64,000 bases of DNA from an uncultured Acidobacteriota bacterium (GCA_963822445.1 CAWGHO010000001.1:704001-768000), one strand, 5' to 3'. Positions 10,156-19,231 are shown, counted from the first letter of the stretch. The notes: generated from the sequence alone by a model not told the origin. Numbers and translations: made by a program.

Positions 10156-10881
10156 GTGGCTTCATCGGCGCTCCTCGAAAATGTCTCGGTAGTTGCGCCG
10201 GGCGGTGCGCCGATCATTCGCGACGTGACGCTGCGGCTCGAGCCCGGTGAAGCAGTCGCGCTGATCGGGCGGAGCGGCGCGGGCAAGACCACGATTCTGC
10301 GGCTGCTCAATGGACTGGCGGCGCCGAGCACCGGGCGGGTGGAGATCGACGGCGCGCCGTTCGCGATTGAGCGCCGCCGCGCGATCGGCACGATTCTCCA
10401 GGCGCCTGCGCTCTTTCCTCATCGCTCCGTCTTCGACAACATCGCCACGGTGCCGCGGCTCCTCGACTGGACCGAAGAACGCGTTCGGACGGCGGTGGAT
10501 GAGTTCCTCGATCGCGTCGGGCTGCCACCGTCGCGATTCGCCGATCGCTTCCCGCGATCACTCAGCGGCGGGGAACAGCAGCGCGTCGGAATCGCCCGGG
10601 CCATGGTCGCGCGGCCGCCGCTGCTGCTGTGCGACGAGCCATTCAGCGCGCTCGATCCCATCGTCCGGCGCGAGTTGCAGGAGACCTTCATCAACCTGCG
10701 AGACGGCGGCGACGTGACCATGCTCTTCGTCACGCATGACCTGGCCGAGGCGCTGCGGGTGGCGCGGCGGATCGTGCTGGTCGATGGTGGTGCGATCGTC
10801 TGCGATGAGCGGCGCGAGGCATTTCTGAAATCAGAGCATCCGCTGGTCCGCCGCTTCATCGAGGCCGTGCATGTGGACTGA
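10156..10881 (+). CDS. Osmoprotectant ABC transporter ATP-binding subunit
   Basis: GRSGAGKT, LSGGEQQRV, LLCDEPFSALD, FVTHD; start codon inferred. Confidence 0.9.
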   Translation: MASSALLENVSVVAPGGAPIIRDVTLRLEPGEAVALIGRSGAGKTTILRLLNGLAAPSTGRVEIDGAPFAIERRRAIGTILQAPALFPHRSVFDNIATVPRLLDWTEERVRTAVDEFLDRVGLPPSRFADRFPRSLSGGEQQRVGIARAMVARPPLLLCDEPFSALDPIVRRELQETFINLRDGGDVTMLFVTHDLAEALRVARRIVLVDGGAIVCDERREAFLKSEHPLVRRFIEAVHVD

Positions 10882-11485
10882 GATTGCCCGCGCCACTGGC
10901 GAGCACGTGCTGATCGTGCTCGCGGCGGTCGTCGTCGCGACCGCAGTCGGCATCCCCATCGGCATCGCGTGCGTGCGCCATCCGCGAGCTGGACGGATCA
11001 TGCTGCGCATCGTCGACATCGTGCAGACCATTCCTTCGCTGGCGCTGTTCGGGCTGCTGATCCCGCTGCCGTTCATCGGCGGCATCGGCATCCGCACGGC
11101 CATCGTCGCTCTCATCCTCTATTCACTGCTGCCGATCGTGCGCAACACCATGACCGGCATCACCGGCATCGATCCGCTCATTCGCGAGGCCGCGATGGTC
11201 CTGGGCATGACCGATCGCCAGCGCCTCGTCGGTGTGGAGTTGCCGCTCGCGCTGCCGTCGATCTTCGGCGGCCTGCGCATCGCCACTGTGCTCGCCATCG
11301 GCGTCGCGACCATCGCCGCGGCAATCGGCGGCGGTGGATTGGGAACGCTGATCTTCCGCGGAGTGGCCATGGTCGACAGCACGCGTATCCTCGCCGGCGC
11401 GTTGCCGGCCGCAGGATTGGCGCTCATCGCCGACCTGCTGTTCGGCGCGCTCGAGCGGGCCGCTGCAAGAAAGTACGGTACTTGA
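10871..11485 (+). CDS. Osmoprotectant ABC transporter permease
   Basis: QTIPSLAL, EAA loop EAAMVLGM, VELPLALP, GGGGLG. Confidence 0.92.
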   Translation: MWTEIARATGEHVLIVLAAVVVATAVGIPIGIACVRHPRAGRIMLRIVDIVQTIPSLALFGLLIPLPFIGGIGIRTAIVALILYSLLPIVRNTMTGITGIDPLIREAAMVLGMTDRQRLVGVELPLALPSIFGGLRIATVLAIGVATIAAAIGGGGLGTLIFRGVAMVDSTRILAGALPAAGLALIADLLFGALERAAARKYGT

Positions 11486-11487
11486 CC

Positions 11488-12300
11488 ATGCGCCTGATCG
11501 TCGTCGTAACGCTGCTGCTCGTCGCCTGCCGTGAAAAGGAAGCGATCGTGGTCGGCTCGAAGAACTTCACCGAGTCGGTGATCCTCGGCGAACTGATCGC
11601 CCAGCGGCTCGAGAAAGCCGGCTGCAGCGTGGAGCGCAAGCTCGATCTCGGGGGCACGCTCGTCTGCGACAAGGCCATCACCGCCGGCGCTCTCGACGTC
11701 TACCCCGAATACTCCGGTACCGCGCAGGCGGCGATCCTCGGCGGGAAAGTGCCGATGCGCGACATTCCGGCCGCGTACGCGAAACGCGGCCTGCACTGGG
11801 GTCCCGCACTCGGCTTCGAGAACACCTTCGCCATGATCGTGCGCAAAGCCGACGCGGAACGGCTCGGGCTGCGACGCATCTCCGATCTCGCGAAGGTCGC
11901 GCAGACCTTCCGCGCCGGGTTCGGCTACGAATTCGTCGACCGTCCCGACGGCTGGACCGGTCTGCAACGCCACTACGGTCTCAACTTCGCCATCGCCCCT
12001 CGGACGATGGATCTCGGGTTGACCTATCGCGCGCTCGCCGCGAGTCAGGTCGACCTGATCGCCGGCAACTCCACGGACGGCCTCATCGACTCCCTCGGCC
12101 TGATCGTGCTCGAAGACGATCGCCGCTTCTTTCCGGAGTACGACGCGGCCATCGTTTCCCGCAATGACATCGCGCGGAAATGCGTCGCCGCACCGGCCGT
12201 GCTCGAGTCGTTGCGCGGAACGCTCGACGCGGCCGCGATGCGGCGGCTCAACTACGCGGTCGACGGGTTGAAGAAGTCTCCCGCCGACGTCGTCAGGTGA
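11488..12300 (+). CDS. Glycine betaine/choline ABC substrate-binding lipoprotein
   Basis: Lipobox LVAC, VGSKNFTES, YPEYSGT, DRPDG, LEDDRRFFP. Confidence 0.9.
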   Translation: MRLIVVVTLLLVACREKEAIVVGSKNFTESVILGELIAQRLEKAGCSVERKLDLGGTLVCDKAITAGALDVYPEYSGTAQAAILGGKVPMRDIPAAYAKRGLHWGPALGFENTFAMIVRKADAERLGLRRISDLAKVAQTFRAGFGYEFVDRPDGWTGLQRHYGLNFAIAPRTMDLGLTYRALAASQVDLIAGNSTDGLIDSLGLIVLEDDRRFFPEYDAAIVSRNDIARKCVAAPAVLESLRGTLDAAAMRRLNYAVDGLKKSPADVVR

Positions 12301-12343
12301 GAGGTGCTACCCTCTCCCTCATCCAGAGCACTACTGCCGAACC

Positions 12344-15300
12344 GTGAAACAAGGGAAACGGTTTCTCCCGTGGCTGGGCGTCTCGCTCGCACTGCTTGTG
12401 GGCATTGCCGTCTGGTTCATACAGCCGCTGCGACCATCGTCGCTGGCGCGATTGGCCGCGGCGACACCGGGCGACGCGCGCTTGATCGAGGCTCGCATCA
12501 GCGGTGGATTCCAGTGGGCACCGTTTCCGGGATCGAAACGCCGCGAAACTGGCACGCGCACACTGTCGATGCTCGCGGCCGCGCATCAGATTCTGCAGAG
12601 CACGGAAGAAAGATCGCCCCATGCTGCCGCTGTCGCGCAGCTCTTTGCGGATCACTCAGACGTCGCGATCGCGGAGCTGACCGCGATCGCTCAGGAGAGC
12701 CGCGAGGCCGCGGTGTGGAACGATCTCGGCGCGGCTCACTACGATGCGGCCGCTCGAAGCGGATCCGCCGAGCACCTGATGGATGCGCTCGCGGCCGTCG
12801 ATCAGGCGCTTCTTTTCGACCCCGGATTTTCCGAGGCCCTCTTCAATCGCGCGCTGGTTCTGGAGCGCTTTCACTTGCGCGATGCTGCAGCGAGCGCATG
12901 GCGTGACTTCCTCGCGCACGCTCCGTCCGACGGATGGCGTGATGAGGCCCAGCGGCATCTGGACGTCCTGACTGCGCCGCGGCAGACATTCGCGACCGAG
13001 ATCAAATCGCACTATCCCCGGTTGCAGGCCGGCGATCGCGCGGCCGCACGAAACCTGCTTCGTCTCGATGCGGGCGACGCACGCTATTTCGGCGAGACCG
13101 AGGGGCTGGCGCGTTGGGGCGAGGCCTGGCTGAAGCGTGACGCCGGTGCCGGGCAGCATCTCGAGGCGGTCAAGACGCTCGCGGCGGAGCTGGTCGCCTT
13201 CAACGGTGAAGCGCTTCTGCTGGACTCGGTGGCGACGATCGAGCGCGCGACCGAACGAGAGCGGCGTGCGCTCGCACGGGGACATGTCACCTACCGGGAC
13301 GGACGCCTCGCCTACGTGGAGCGGGACTTTGCCGAAGCGGAGCAACTTCTGCAGGCGGCGGTGCGCGATCTCACGCCGGGCAGCAGTCCGCTCGCGAGCA
13401 TGGCTCGTCTCGACGCGGCTGCGGCTATGTTCTGGCAGGGCCGTCACTCCGAAGCTGAATCAGAGTTTCGCGCGCTGCAACCCGCGGCGCCGGCAAAGTA
13501 CGCGGCTCTCCGCGCTACGATCGACTGGCGGTTCGCCGTGTGTTCCCTGGCTCGCGCCGACACGGGCAAATCCCTCTCTCACCTGAGCCGCGCCATCGAG
13601 GCCTTCAGCCGCCTGGGGGAGGCCAGCCACGCGGCTTACCTGCACAACATCACATCGCAGGCATACGACGGCGTCCGCGATCATCAGCGCGCCGCTCATC
13701 ATCGAGCGCTGGCGCTTCGCGTTCTGGGCCCGACGTCGAATGACCGCCTCGTCCACGCGATCAACGGAATCAGCCATGCCGCGGTGCAACTCAAGCAATG
13801 GCGTAGGGCGCGATCCTTTGTCACGGTGCAGCTCACGCTGAACGCAGCGACGGTGAACGATGCCGAGCTCCAGATCAGCGCGCTCCTGCGACGTGCGCTG
13901 CTGCACACCCACCTCGGCGACCGCGCTGCGGCCGCGTCGGACCTGCGTACCGCGCAGGCGGTCACTGCGAGCGTCTCGGATCCGGCGCATCGCACGAAGC
14001 TCCAGATCGATTGCGATACCACAACGGCGCTCATTTCGGATGATCCACGGACAGCGATCGCACTGCTCACCGCCGCCCTCGAGTTCCAGGCTGCAAAGGG
14101 ATGGCATGGACTGATGCCGCAGATGTACCTGCGGCGGGGGCGCATGTACCTGGCGCTGCACGACCGCGAACGCGCCGCATCCGACTTCGAGAGCGGGATC
14201 GCGCTGATGGAGAAGTACCGGGAGACGATCGAGCTGGGCGAGCAGCGCTGGGGGATGCTCGACGCGGCGGAAGAGCTCTTTGACGAAGCCATCCGCGAGG
14301 CGTTGCGCGGCGGCGCGGCGCCGGCGTTCGCGTATGCGGAGCGGCGGCGAGCGCGCTCGCTCTCCGACACGATAAAGAACGCACGAGTCTTCGATCACAC
14401 CCTTCTGCCTCCCGAAACGCTCGTCGTCGAATACGCAGCGTTGCCGGAGAAACTGCTCATCTTCACGGTCAGCCGGACGGGCATCGAAGTGCGTGAGACC
14501 GCCGTCTCGCAAACGCAGCTTACGGCGCTCGCGGAGCAATTCGCCGCGGCCCACGGTGAAGCCGATCCCAGGGAACGGGCAAAGCTCGCGACACGGCTGG
14601 GCGAGCGTCTCCTCGCGCCCATCCGCACGTCCATCGCCGCACACCGCGAGGTGGCGTTCGTGACGGACGCCTCCACGTCGGGAATCGCGTTCGCCGCACT
14701 TCCAGGCATCGCGCCAGAGAGGATGCTCGTCGAAGACGTCACGATTTCCGTATCGCCCAGCGCGCGCTTTTACCTCGCGGCGCGCAGGCGCGGTGCGAGG
14801 AAAGGAACGAGCGTTCTGATCGTGGACAGTCCCGAGAACGAGAGGCTGCGGCGCCTGACGAGAACGAGCCGGGAGGCGCAGGCGGTTCAAGCGGTGTATC
14901 CGTACGCACGCCGGCTCACCGGACACGATGCAACGCGAGCCGCATTCATCGAGGAGTCGCGAACCGCGACCATCATTCACTTCGCAGGACACGGAGTCAG
15001 CGGCGTCGAATCCGCGACTCTGATCCTGACCGCAACACCCGACGACTCCGGTCTTTTCGATGCACAGTCGATCTCGCGTCTCGACCTGCGGAAGACCGAG
15101 GTCGTCGTGCTCGCCGCATGCGACACGGCCCGAGGGCCCGTGCGATCGGCCGAAGGGGTGACCAGCGTGACGCATGCATTCCTGCAGGCGGGCGTGCCCG
15201 CCGTGATCGCAACGCTCCGGCCGCTCGACGATCGCGATGCCGCGGACTTTTTCCCGCGAATGCATCGTCATCTCGCGCGCGGCGTCTCCGCACCCGAAGC

Positions 15301-15388
15301 GTTACGGCTTGCCCAGCTCGAATGGATCGCGAACGCGCCCCGCGATCGCACGGCCGTGTGGGCGGCCGTACAGGCGATCGGCTACTGA
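12344..15388 (+). CDS. Membrane-anchored TPR + CHAT (caspase-like) protease
   Basis: N-terminal TM helix; TPR-like motifs (WNDLGAA, EALFNRALVLE); His/Cys dyad HFAGHG and VVLAACDT; C-terminal WAAVQAIG. Confidence 0.9.
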   Translation: MKQGKRFLPWLGVSLALLVGIAVWFIQPLRPSSLARLAAATPGDARLIEARISGGFQWAPFPGSKRRETGTRTLSMLAAAHQILQSTEERSPHAAAVAQLFADHSDVAIAELTAIAQESREAAVWNDLGAAHYDAAARSGSAEHLMDALAAVDQALLFDPGFSEALFNRALVLERFHLRDAAASAWRDFLAHAPSDGWRDEAQRHLDVLTAPRQTFATEIKSHYPRLQAGDRAAARNLLRLDAGDARYFGETEGLARWGEAWLKRDAGAGQHLEAVKTLAAELVAFNGEALLLDSVATIERATERERRALARGHVTYRDGRLAYVERDFAEAEQLLQAAVRDLTPGSSPLASMARLDAAAAMFWQGRHSEAESEFRALQPAAPAKYAALRATIDWRFAVCSLARADTGKSLSHLSRAIEAFSRLGEASHAAYLHNITSQAYDGVRDHQRAAHHRALALRVLGPTSNDRLVHAINGISHAAVQLKQWRRARSFVTVQLTLNAATVNDAELQISALLRRALLHTHLGDRAAAASDLRTAQAVTASVSDPAHRTKLQIDCDTTTALISDDPRTAIALLTAALEFQAAKGWHGLMPQMYLRRGRMYLALHDRERAASDFESGIALMEKYRETIELGEQRWGMLDAAEELFDEAIREALRGGAAPAFAYAERRRARSLSDTIKNARVFDHTLLPPETLVVEYAALPEKLLIFTVSRTGIEVRETAVSQTQLTALAEQFAAAHGEADPRERAKLATRLGERLLAPIRTSIAAHREVAFVTDASTSGIAFAALPGIAPERMLVEDVTISVSPSARFYLAARRRGARKGTSVLIVDSPENERLRRLTRTSREAQAVQAVYPYARRLTGHDATRAAFIEESRTATIIHFAGHGVSGVESATLILTATPDDSGLFDAQSISRLDLRKTEVVVLAACDTARGPVRSAEGVTSVTHAFLQAGVPAVIATLRPLDDRDAADFFPRMHRHLARGVSAPEALRLAQLEWIANAPRDRTAVWAAVQAIGY

Positions 15389-15453
15389 GTCGCACGCGCA
15401 GCCGGGAAAAATCGTCCACGCGGCCATCTACTCCCTTGCAGGAGGAGAAAGCC

Positions 15454-16398
15454 ATGAGCAACATGAATGATTACGTCATCGACGTCTTTGCCAACGCAAT
15501 GAAGGCTGCTGTGAACCGGGACCAGTCGACCTCTACGACACCAGGAGGGCGGGAACTGGAGATCCTCTTCTACGGAATGATGTGCTTCGATCCGCAGCGC
15601 AACGGCACGTACCGGGTCCTGTTCCCGAACGGCATGGACCTCTCGGCCCTGACCGACATTCCGGTTCATGCGGCCGGTCTGTGGGTCCGCGATCGCGGCG
15701 CGAGGGCCACGGCGCGCTGGTCCGGCTTCGCGTTCCGGAACGACTACTTCGTTCAGGGGAAGAACAAGCTGACCATCACCGGCCTCGCGCACACGCCGCT
15801 CGACGCGACGCTGTTCGAGGGGCGCGTGACTAGTCTGAAGAAGTGCGATCCCGAGTTCACCATCGGCCCCGATCCGGACGCCGTGATCGAGTTATTGGTC
15901 GACCGCGGAACGCTCAGCGCTCACGTCGTCAACAGCCAGGGAATGATTGTGGTGCGCTGGGCCGTCCAGGTCTCGGCCGGCAGCACCGTCCGCTTTACGT
16001 TCGGCGACGACTTCGTGGAGATCCCTCCGACGGTGAGTCAGGTCTTTCTCGCGAACGTCAGCGCTGGGAGCGAGGACACCAAGAACGATTTCCAACTCTT
16101 CCGGAAGCTCGCGACGAAACCGGCGAAACGACTCGAGTACAAGCGGCCCGAGCTCGATCCGCGGGACACCGGCCCGCTCGTCCTGGATGAGCCAACCTTC
16201 GGATATGACTCCACGCCGAGGAGGGTCGTCCCGGCTCCCGCTCCGGGCGGCGGTCTCCCGGCGGTCGTCGGTGTCGTTCCGCAGTCCGGAATCTCGTCCA
16301 TCGCCGCGCAGTCGAAGGTCTTCACCGCCGTCGCCTTCAGCCCCAACGTGGTCTGTTCCGCCGTGGTGTCGCGGCCGATGGCAGATGTCACTGGCTGA
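15454..16398 (+). CDS. Hypothetical beta-rich protein (314 aa), no signal peptide
   Basis: RBS GGAGG before ATG 15454; alternating beta-strand pattern, Pro/Gly-rich linker and C-terminal Cys-containing tail. Confidence 0.82.
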   Translation: MSNMNDYVIDVFANAMKAAVNRDQSTSTTPGGRELEILFYGMMCFDPQRNGTYRVLFPNGMDLSALTDIPVHAAGLWVRDRGARATARWSGFAFRNDYFVQGKNKLTITGLAHTPLDATLFEGRVTSLKKCDPEFTIGPDPDAVIELLVDRGTLSAHVVNSQGMIVVRWAVQVSAGSTVRFTFGDDFVEIPPTVSQVFLANVSAGSEDTKNDFQLFRKLATKPAKRLEYKRPELDPRDTGPLVLDEPTFGYDSTPRRVVPAPAPGGGLPAVVGVVPQSGISSIAAQSKVFTAVAFSPNVVCSAVVSRPMADVTG

Positions 16399-16440
16399 AA
16401 CTTCCCGCGCGTCGGCATCTCGCTGAGAAAGGAATCTCCG

Positions 16441-17415
16441 ATGACCATCTACGCATCGCCCGGCTATTTCCAGGAAGCGCGCGAAGTCAAAGCCGCGCTT
16501 CTCCAAAGCATGTTCGGTGTCGCGAGCGTCAGCGCGGCAAAGAAGCCTCAGGTTGCGGCGCTCTCGACGCCCAAGCTGCCCGTTTCCAACATCCTCGGCG
16601 TCGGTTACGGCGTCAAAGTCACCTCCGGCGGAGGCATCGACGTTCTCGCGGCTCGCGTGTACGTCCGGGCCAAGCTTCCCGGTCGAGCATTGCGAGACGG
16701 AGAGCGTGTCCCGGAATACATCGACGGGATTCCGACGGACATCATCCCCGTCGGGTCGATCGCAGCGCAATTTCCGCGGCCGGTGCCTTGCGGCGTTTCG
16801 TGCGGGCACGTCGACATAACCATGGGGACGCTCGGATGCCTGGTGACCTCGAACGGATCGAACCGATTCATCCTCTCGAACAACCACGTCCTCGCCAACG
16901 TGAATCAGGCGCAGCTCGGCACGGATATCCTCGAGCCGGGCCCGGCGGACGGAGGCAGCGGCAACCCGCCCATCGCCCGGCTGACGGCCTATCAACCGAT
17001 CGCCTTCAACGGCATACCGAATCAGATCGACGCCGCCCTCGCGGAGCTGACCGACCTGGCGAACGTGATTCCCGAGATCGATACGATCGGGCTGGTCACG
17101 GCACCACCGATGAACGCTGCGCTTCTGCAGTCGGTTCGGAAACATGGCTCTGCGACGCGCCAGACGCTGGGCGTGGTGATGGACCTCGCCGCGGACGTTC
17201 TCGTCACCTACGGTTCGGATGTCGCTCAATTCGGCGATCAGATCGCGGTGGCCGGTGTGAACGGAGCGTTCAGTGCGCCCGGCGATTCGGGTTCGCTCGT
17301 CATCGACGCGACGACGACCAGCCCGGTGGGACTTCTCTTTGCCGGCGGCGAAGGACTCACATTCTGCAACCACATTCCCAACGTGCTCGACACGTTCGGC
17401 GTGAGCATCGTGTAG
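16441..17415 (+). CDS. Trypsin-like (Nal1-type) serine protease with N-terminal prodomain
   Basis: GTLGCLV, triad LSNNHV / IDAA / GDSGS, VGLLFAG; RBS AAGGA. Confidence 0.88.
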   Translation: MTIYASPGYFQEAREVKAALLQSMFGVASVSAAKKPQVAALSTPKLPVSNILGVGYGVKVTSGGGIDVLAARVYVRAKLPGRALRDGERVPEYIDGIPTDIIPVGSIAAQFPRPVPCGVSCGHVDITMGTLGCLVTSNGSNRFILSNNHVLANVNQAQLGTDILEPGPADGGSGNPPIARLTAYQPIAFNGIPNQIDAALAELTDLANVIPEIDTIGLVTAPPMNAALLQSVRKHGSATRQTLGVVMDLAADVLVTYGSDVAQFGDQIAVAGVNGAFSAPGDSGSLVIDATTTSPVGLLFAGGEGLTFCNHIPNVLDTFGVSIV

Positions 17416-17430
17416 CGCACGAGGAGATCC

Positions 17431-17670
17431 ATGGCGACGATCGAGCAGATTCGTAACGCGAAGGCGGCGGCGAAACGCACGTTCGGCCGTACGCCGGGCG
17501 TCGCCGGGATCGGCATCGGGGATGGCGTCCTGCGCGTTTACGTGCAGGACGCCACGGTGATCGATCAGTTGCCACGGTCCTGCGAAGAGGTCGACATCGA
17601 GTTCGTAGTCACCGGCGAGATCAGGGCTTTCGATCCGCCGGCGCCGCCAACGGATGATGGTCGTAACTGA
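17431..17670 (+). CDS. Small protein resembling the prodomain of the upstream protease
   Basis: RBS GAGGAG; GVAGIGIG...LRVYV...LP...TGEIRA matches protease residues ~10-110. Confidence 0.75.
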   Translation: MATIEQIRNAKAAAKRTFGRTPGVAGIGIGDGVLRVYVQDATVIDQLPRSCEEVDIEFVVTGEIRAFDPPAPPTDDGRN

Positions 17671-18100
17671 TTACCCGCGTGATCTTCCAGACGCCGTCCT
17701 TGTTCTGCCAGAGGTGCGTGAACTGCGCCTCGCCCATCGGCTGCACGTCGTCCTTCCCGGGATGGGTGAACCGATGCACGCCGGTCTGCACCGCGCCGAA
17801 ACCCTTCATCGGATAGACCTCCGTTGAAACGAGGACGCGGTTCACTTTGCCGCAGATGTTGTTCTTGACCGCCTCGGTCACGGCCTTTGCGCCGAGGGTG
17901 ATGCCGCCTTCGTCGTGGTAGAACTCGACGTCGTCGGCGAACAGGCTGGCGAACTTCTCCAGGTCGCATTGATTGAAGGCCTGGAAGAGCGCCGCATCGA
18001 GCTCCGTGATTTTCTTCGTGAGTGCGGCTTCCGGTGATGCGGCGGACGCGAGAACCGGCAACGTCATGAGAGTGAGCAGCAGGAAGGCTCGTGTCTTCAT
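17621..18100 (-). CDS. Secreted NTF2-like (DUF4440-type) protein
   Basis: Signal peptide; FQAFNQCD, DVEFYHD, GVHRF, WKITRVISYDH. Confidence 0.85.
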   Translation of the reverse strand: MKTRAFLLLTLMTLPVLASAASPEAALTKKITELDAALFQAFNQCDLEKFASLFADDVEFYHDEGGITLGAKAVTEAVKNNICGKVNRVLVSTEVYPMKGFGAVQTGVHRFTHPGKDDVQPMGEAQFTHLWQNKDGVWKITRVISYDHHPLAAPADRKP

Positions 18101-18140
18101 GAGCCGGGTCTACGTCAGTCGCGCGGCCGAGGTTTCAGCT

Positions 18141-18600
18141 CTCGCCCTCGCAAATGATCGGCGATCATTCATCAAATGATCTGTGCTCGCCCCGCGAGCT
18201 GACCGGCTTCGCCTCGAAAGTGAATGCCCGTCGCGTCCGAAATGATGGTCTGTCGCCCCGCAAGTGTTTGATCCTCGGCTCGCAAGTGATGCCCTCTCGC
18301 CCCTTAAATGAGCGATCCTCGCCTCGCAAATGATCGGTGCAGTATTTGATTGGAAACTCGGACGCCCCCGGAGGCGAGGACGCATCATTTGCGGTGCGAT
18401 ACCGGATCACTTTCGTACCCACGCCTCCAGCCATCTAAATGATGGCCGGTCATCGCGTTACGCCAACACCGATAACTTACGAGGCGTGCGAGGCGTCCAT
18501 TCAAGGCGACAGGTTTCGCCTCGCGAAGCGAGCAACGATCATTTGACAAAGGATCGTTGAGCATTTGAGGGGGCGACGACCCATCATTTGAAACGCGTCG
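18141..18600. repeat. Two oppositely oriented arrays of degenerate 22-bp repeats
   Basis: Left arm 9 units at exact 22-bp period, consensus TCGCCYCGCAARTGAT; right arm about 11 reverse-complement units (ATCAYTTGCGRGGCGA). Confidence 0.85.
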
Positions 18601-18631
18601 CGTGCCGGTCCTTGACCCACCGTGCATCGCG

Positions 18632-18664
18632 ATACTTGACACGTAAAACAATTCGACTTATCCT
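18632..18664 (+). promoter_or_regulatory. Sigma70-type promoter of marR with overlapping candidate operator
   Basis: TTGACA (18636) - 17 bp - TATCCT (18659); ATACTTGACACGTAAAACAAT recurs in similar form at 19197. Confidence 0.7.
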
Positions 18665-18674
18665 GCCTTTCGAG

Positions 18675-19160
18675 ATGACCCGCGCCATCCACGACGAGAT
18701 CAAACAGACCCGGCCGTTCCGGTCGAAGTCGCAGGAGGCCGCCATCGCCCTGATGCGGACGGCGCATCTCTTCCGGCGGCAGGCGGAAGCGGTCGTGGCC
18801 GCGGAGGACATCACCGGGCAGCAGTACAACGTCCTGCGGATTCTTCGCGGCGCGCGCGGTCCCCTTCCGACCATGGAGATCTCGGCCAGAATGGTCGAGC
18901 CTTCCTGCGGAATCACGCGCCTCATCGCCAGCCTGGAGGAACGCGAGCTGGTCAAGCGCGAGCAATGGGCCGGCGACCGCCGCCAGGTCCTCTGCCAGAT
19001 CACCCCGGCCGGTCTGCGCGTCCTGGAGCGTCTCGAAGAGCCCATGAACCGGCTCGACGATCAGGTCACCGGCACCCTTCCCCCCGAGCACATCGACGCC
19101 CTCCTCGAGGCCCTCGGCGAAATCCGCGAGAGCCTCGAGAAGCACGCGAAGCAGGAGTAA
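18675..19160 (+). CDS. MarR family transcriptional regulator
   Basis: ITGQQYNVLRILRGA, ITRLIASLE, DRR wing, ITPAG. Confidence 0.9.
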   Translation: MTRAIHDEIKQTRPFRSKSQEAAIALMRTAHLFRRQAEAVVAAEDITGQQYNVLRILRGARGPLPTMEISARMVEPSCGITRLIASLEERELVKREQWAGDRRQVLCQITPAGLRVLERLEEPMNRLDDQVTGTLPPEHIDALLEALGEIRESLEKHAKQE

Positions 19161-19196
19161 TCCGCCGAAAAATCGACTCTGTCTGACGTAGACCCT

Positions 19197-19217
19197 ATAT
19201 TTAACGCGTAAACTAAT
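19197..19217. promoter_or_regulatory. Candidate MarR operator upstream of doxX
   Basis: ATATTTAACGCGTAAACTAAT, 16/21 identical to the marR promoter site, near-palindromic core. Confidence 0.55.
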
Positions 19218-19231
19218 GGAGAGAAACGACC

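Noticed and set aside
12270-12343. Truncation of the ABC binding protein by insertion of the CHAT cassette
   Set aside because: The C-terminus looks only a few residues short and no flanking repeat was found; unsupported without orthologues.
15454-16398. Bacterial gasdermin
   Set aside because: The context is suggestive but I recognise no gasdermin sequence features; left as unknown.
18110-18651. Short ORFs over the 22-bp arrays, or a CRISPR call
   Set aside because: The period is not a codon multiple, translations are low quality, and there are no unique spacers.
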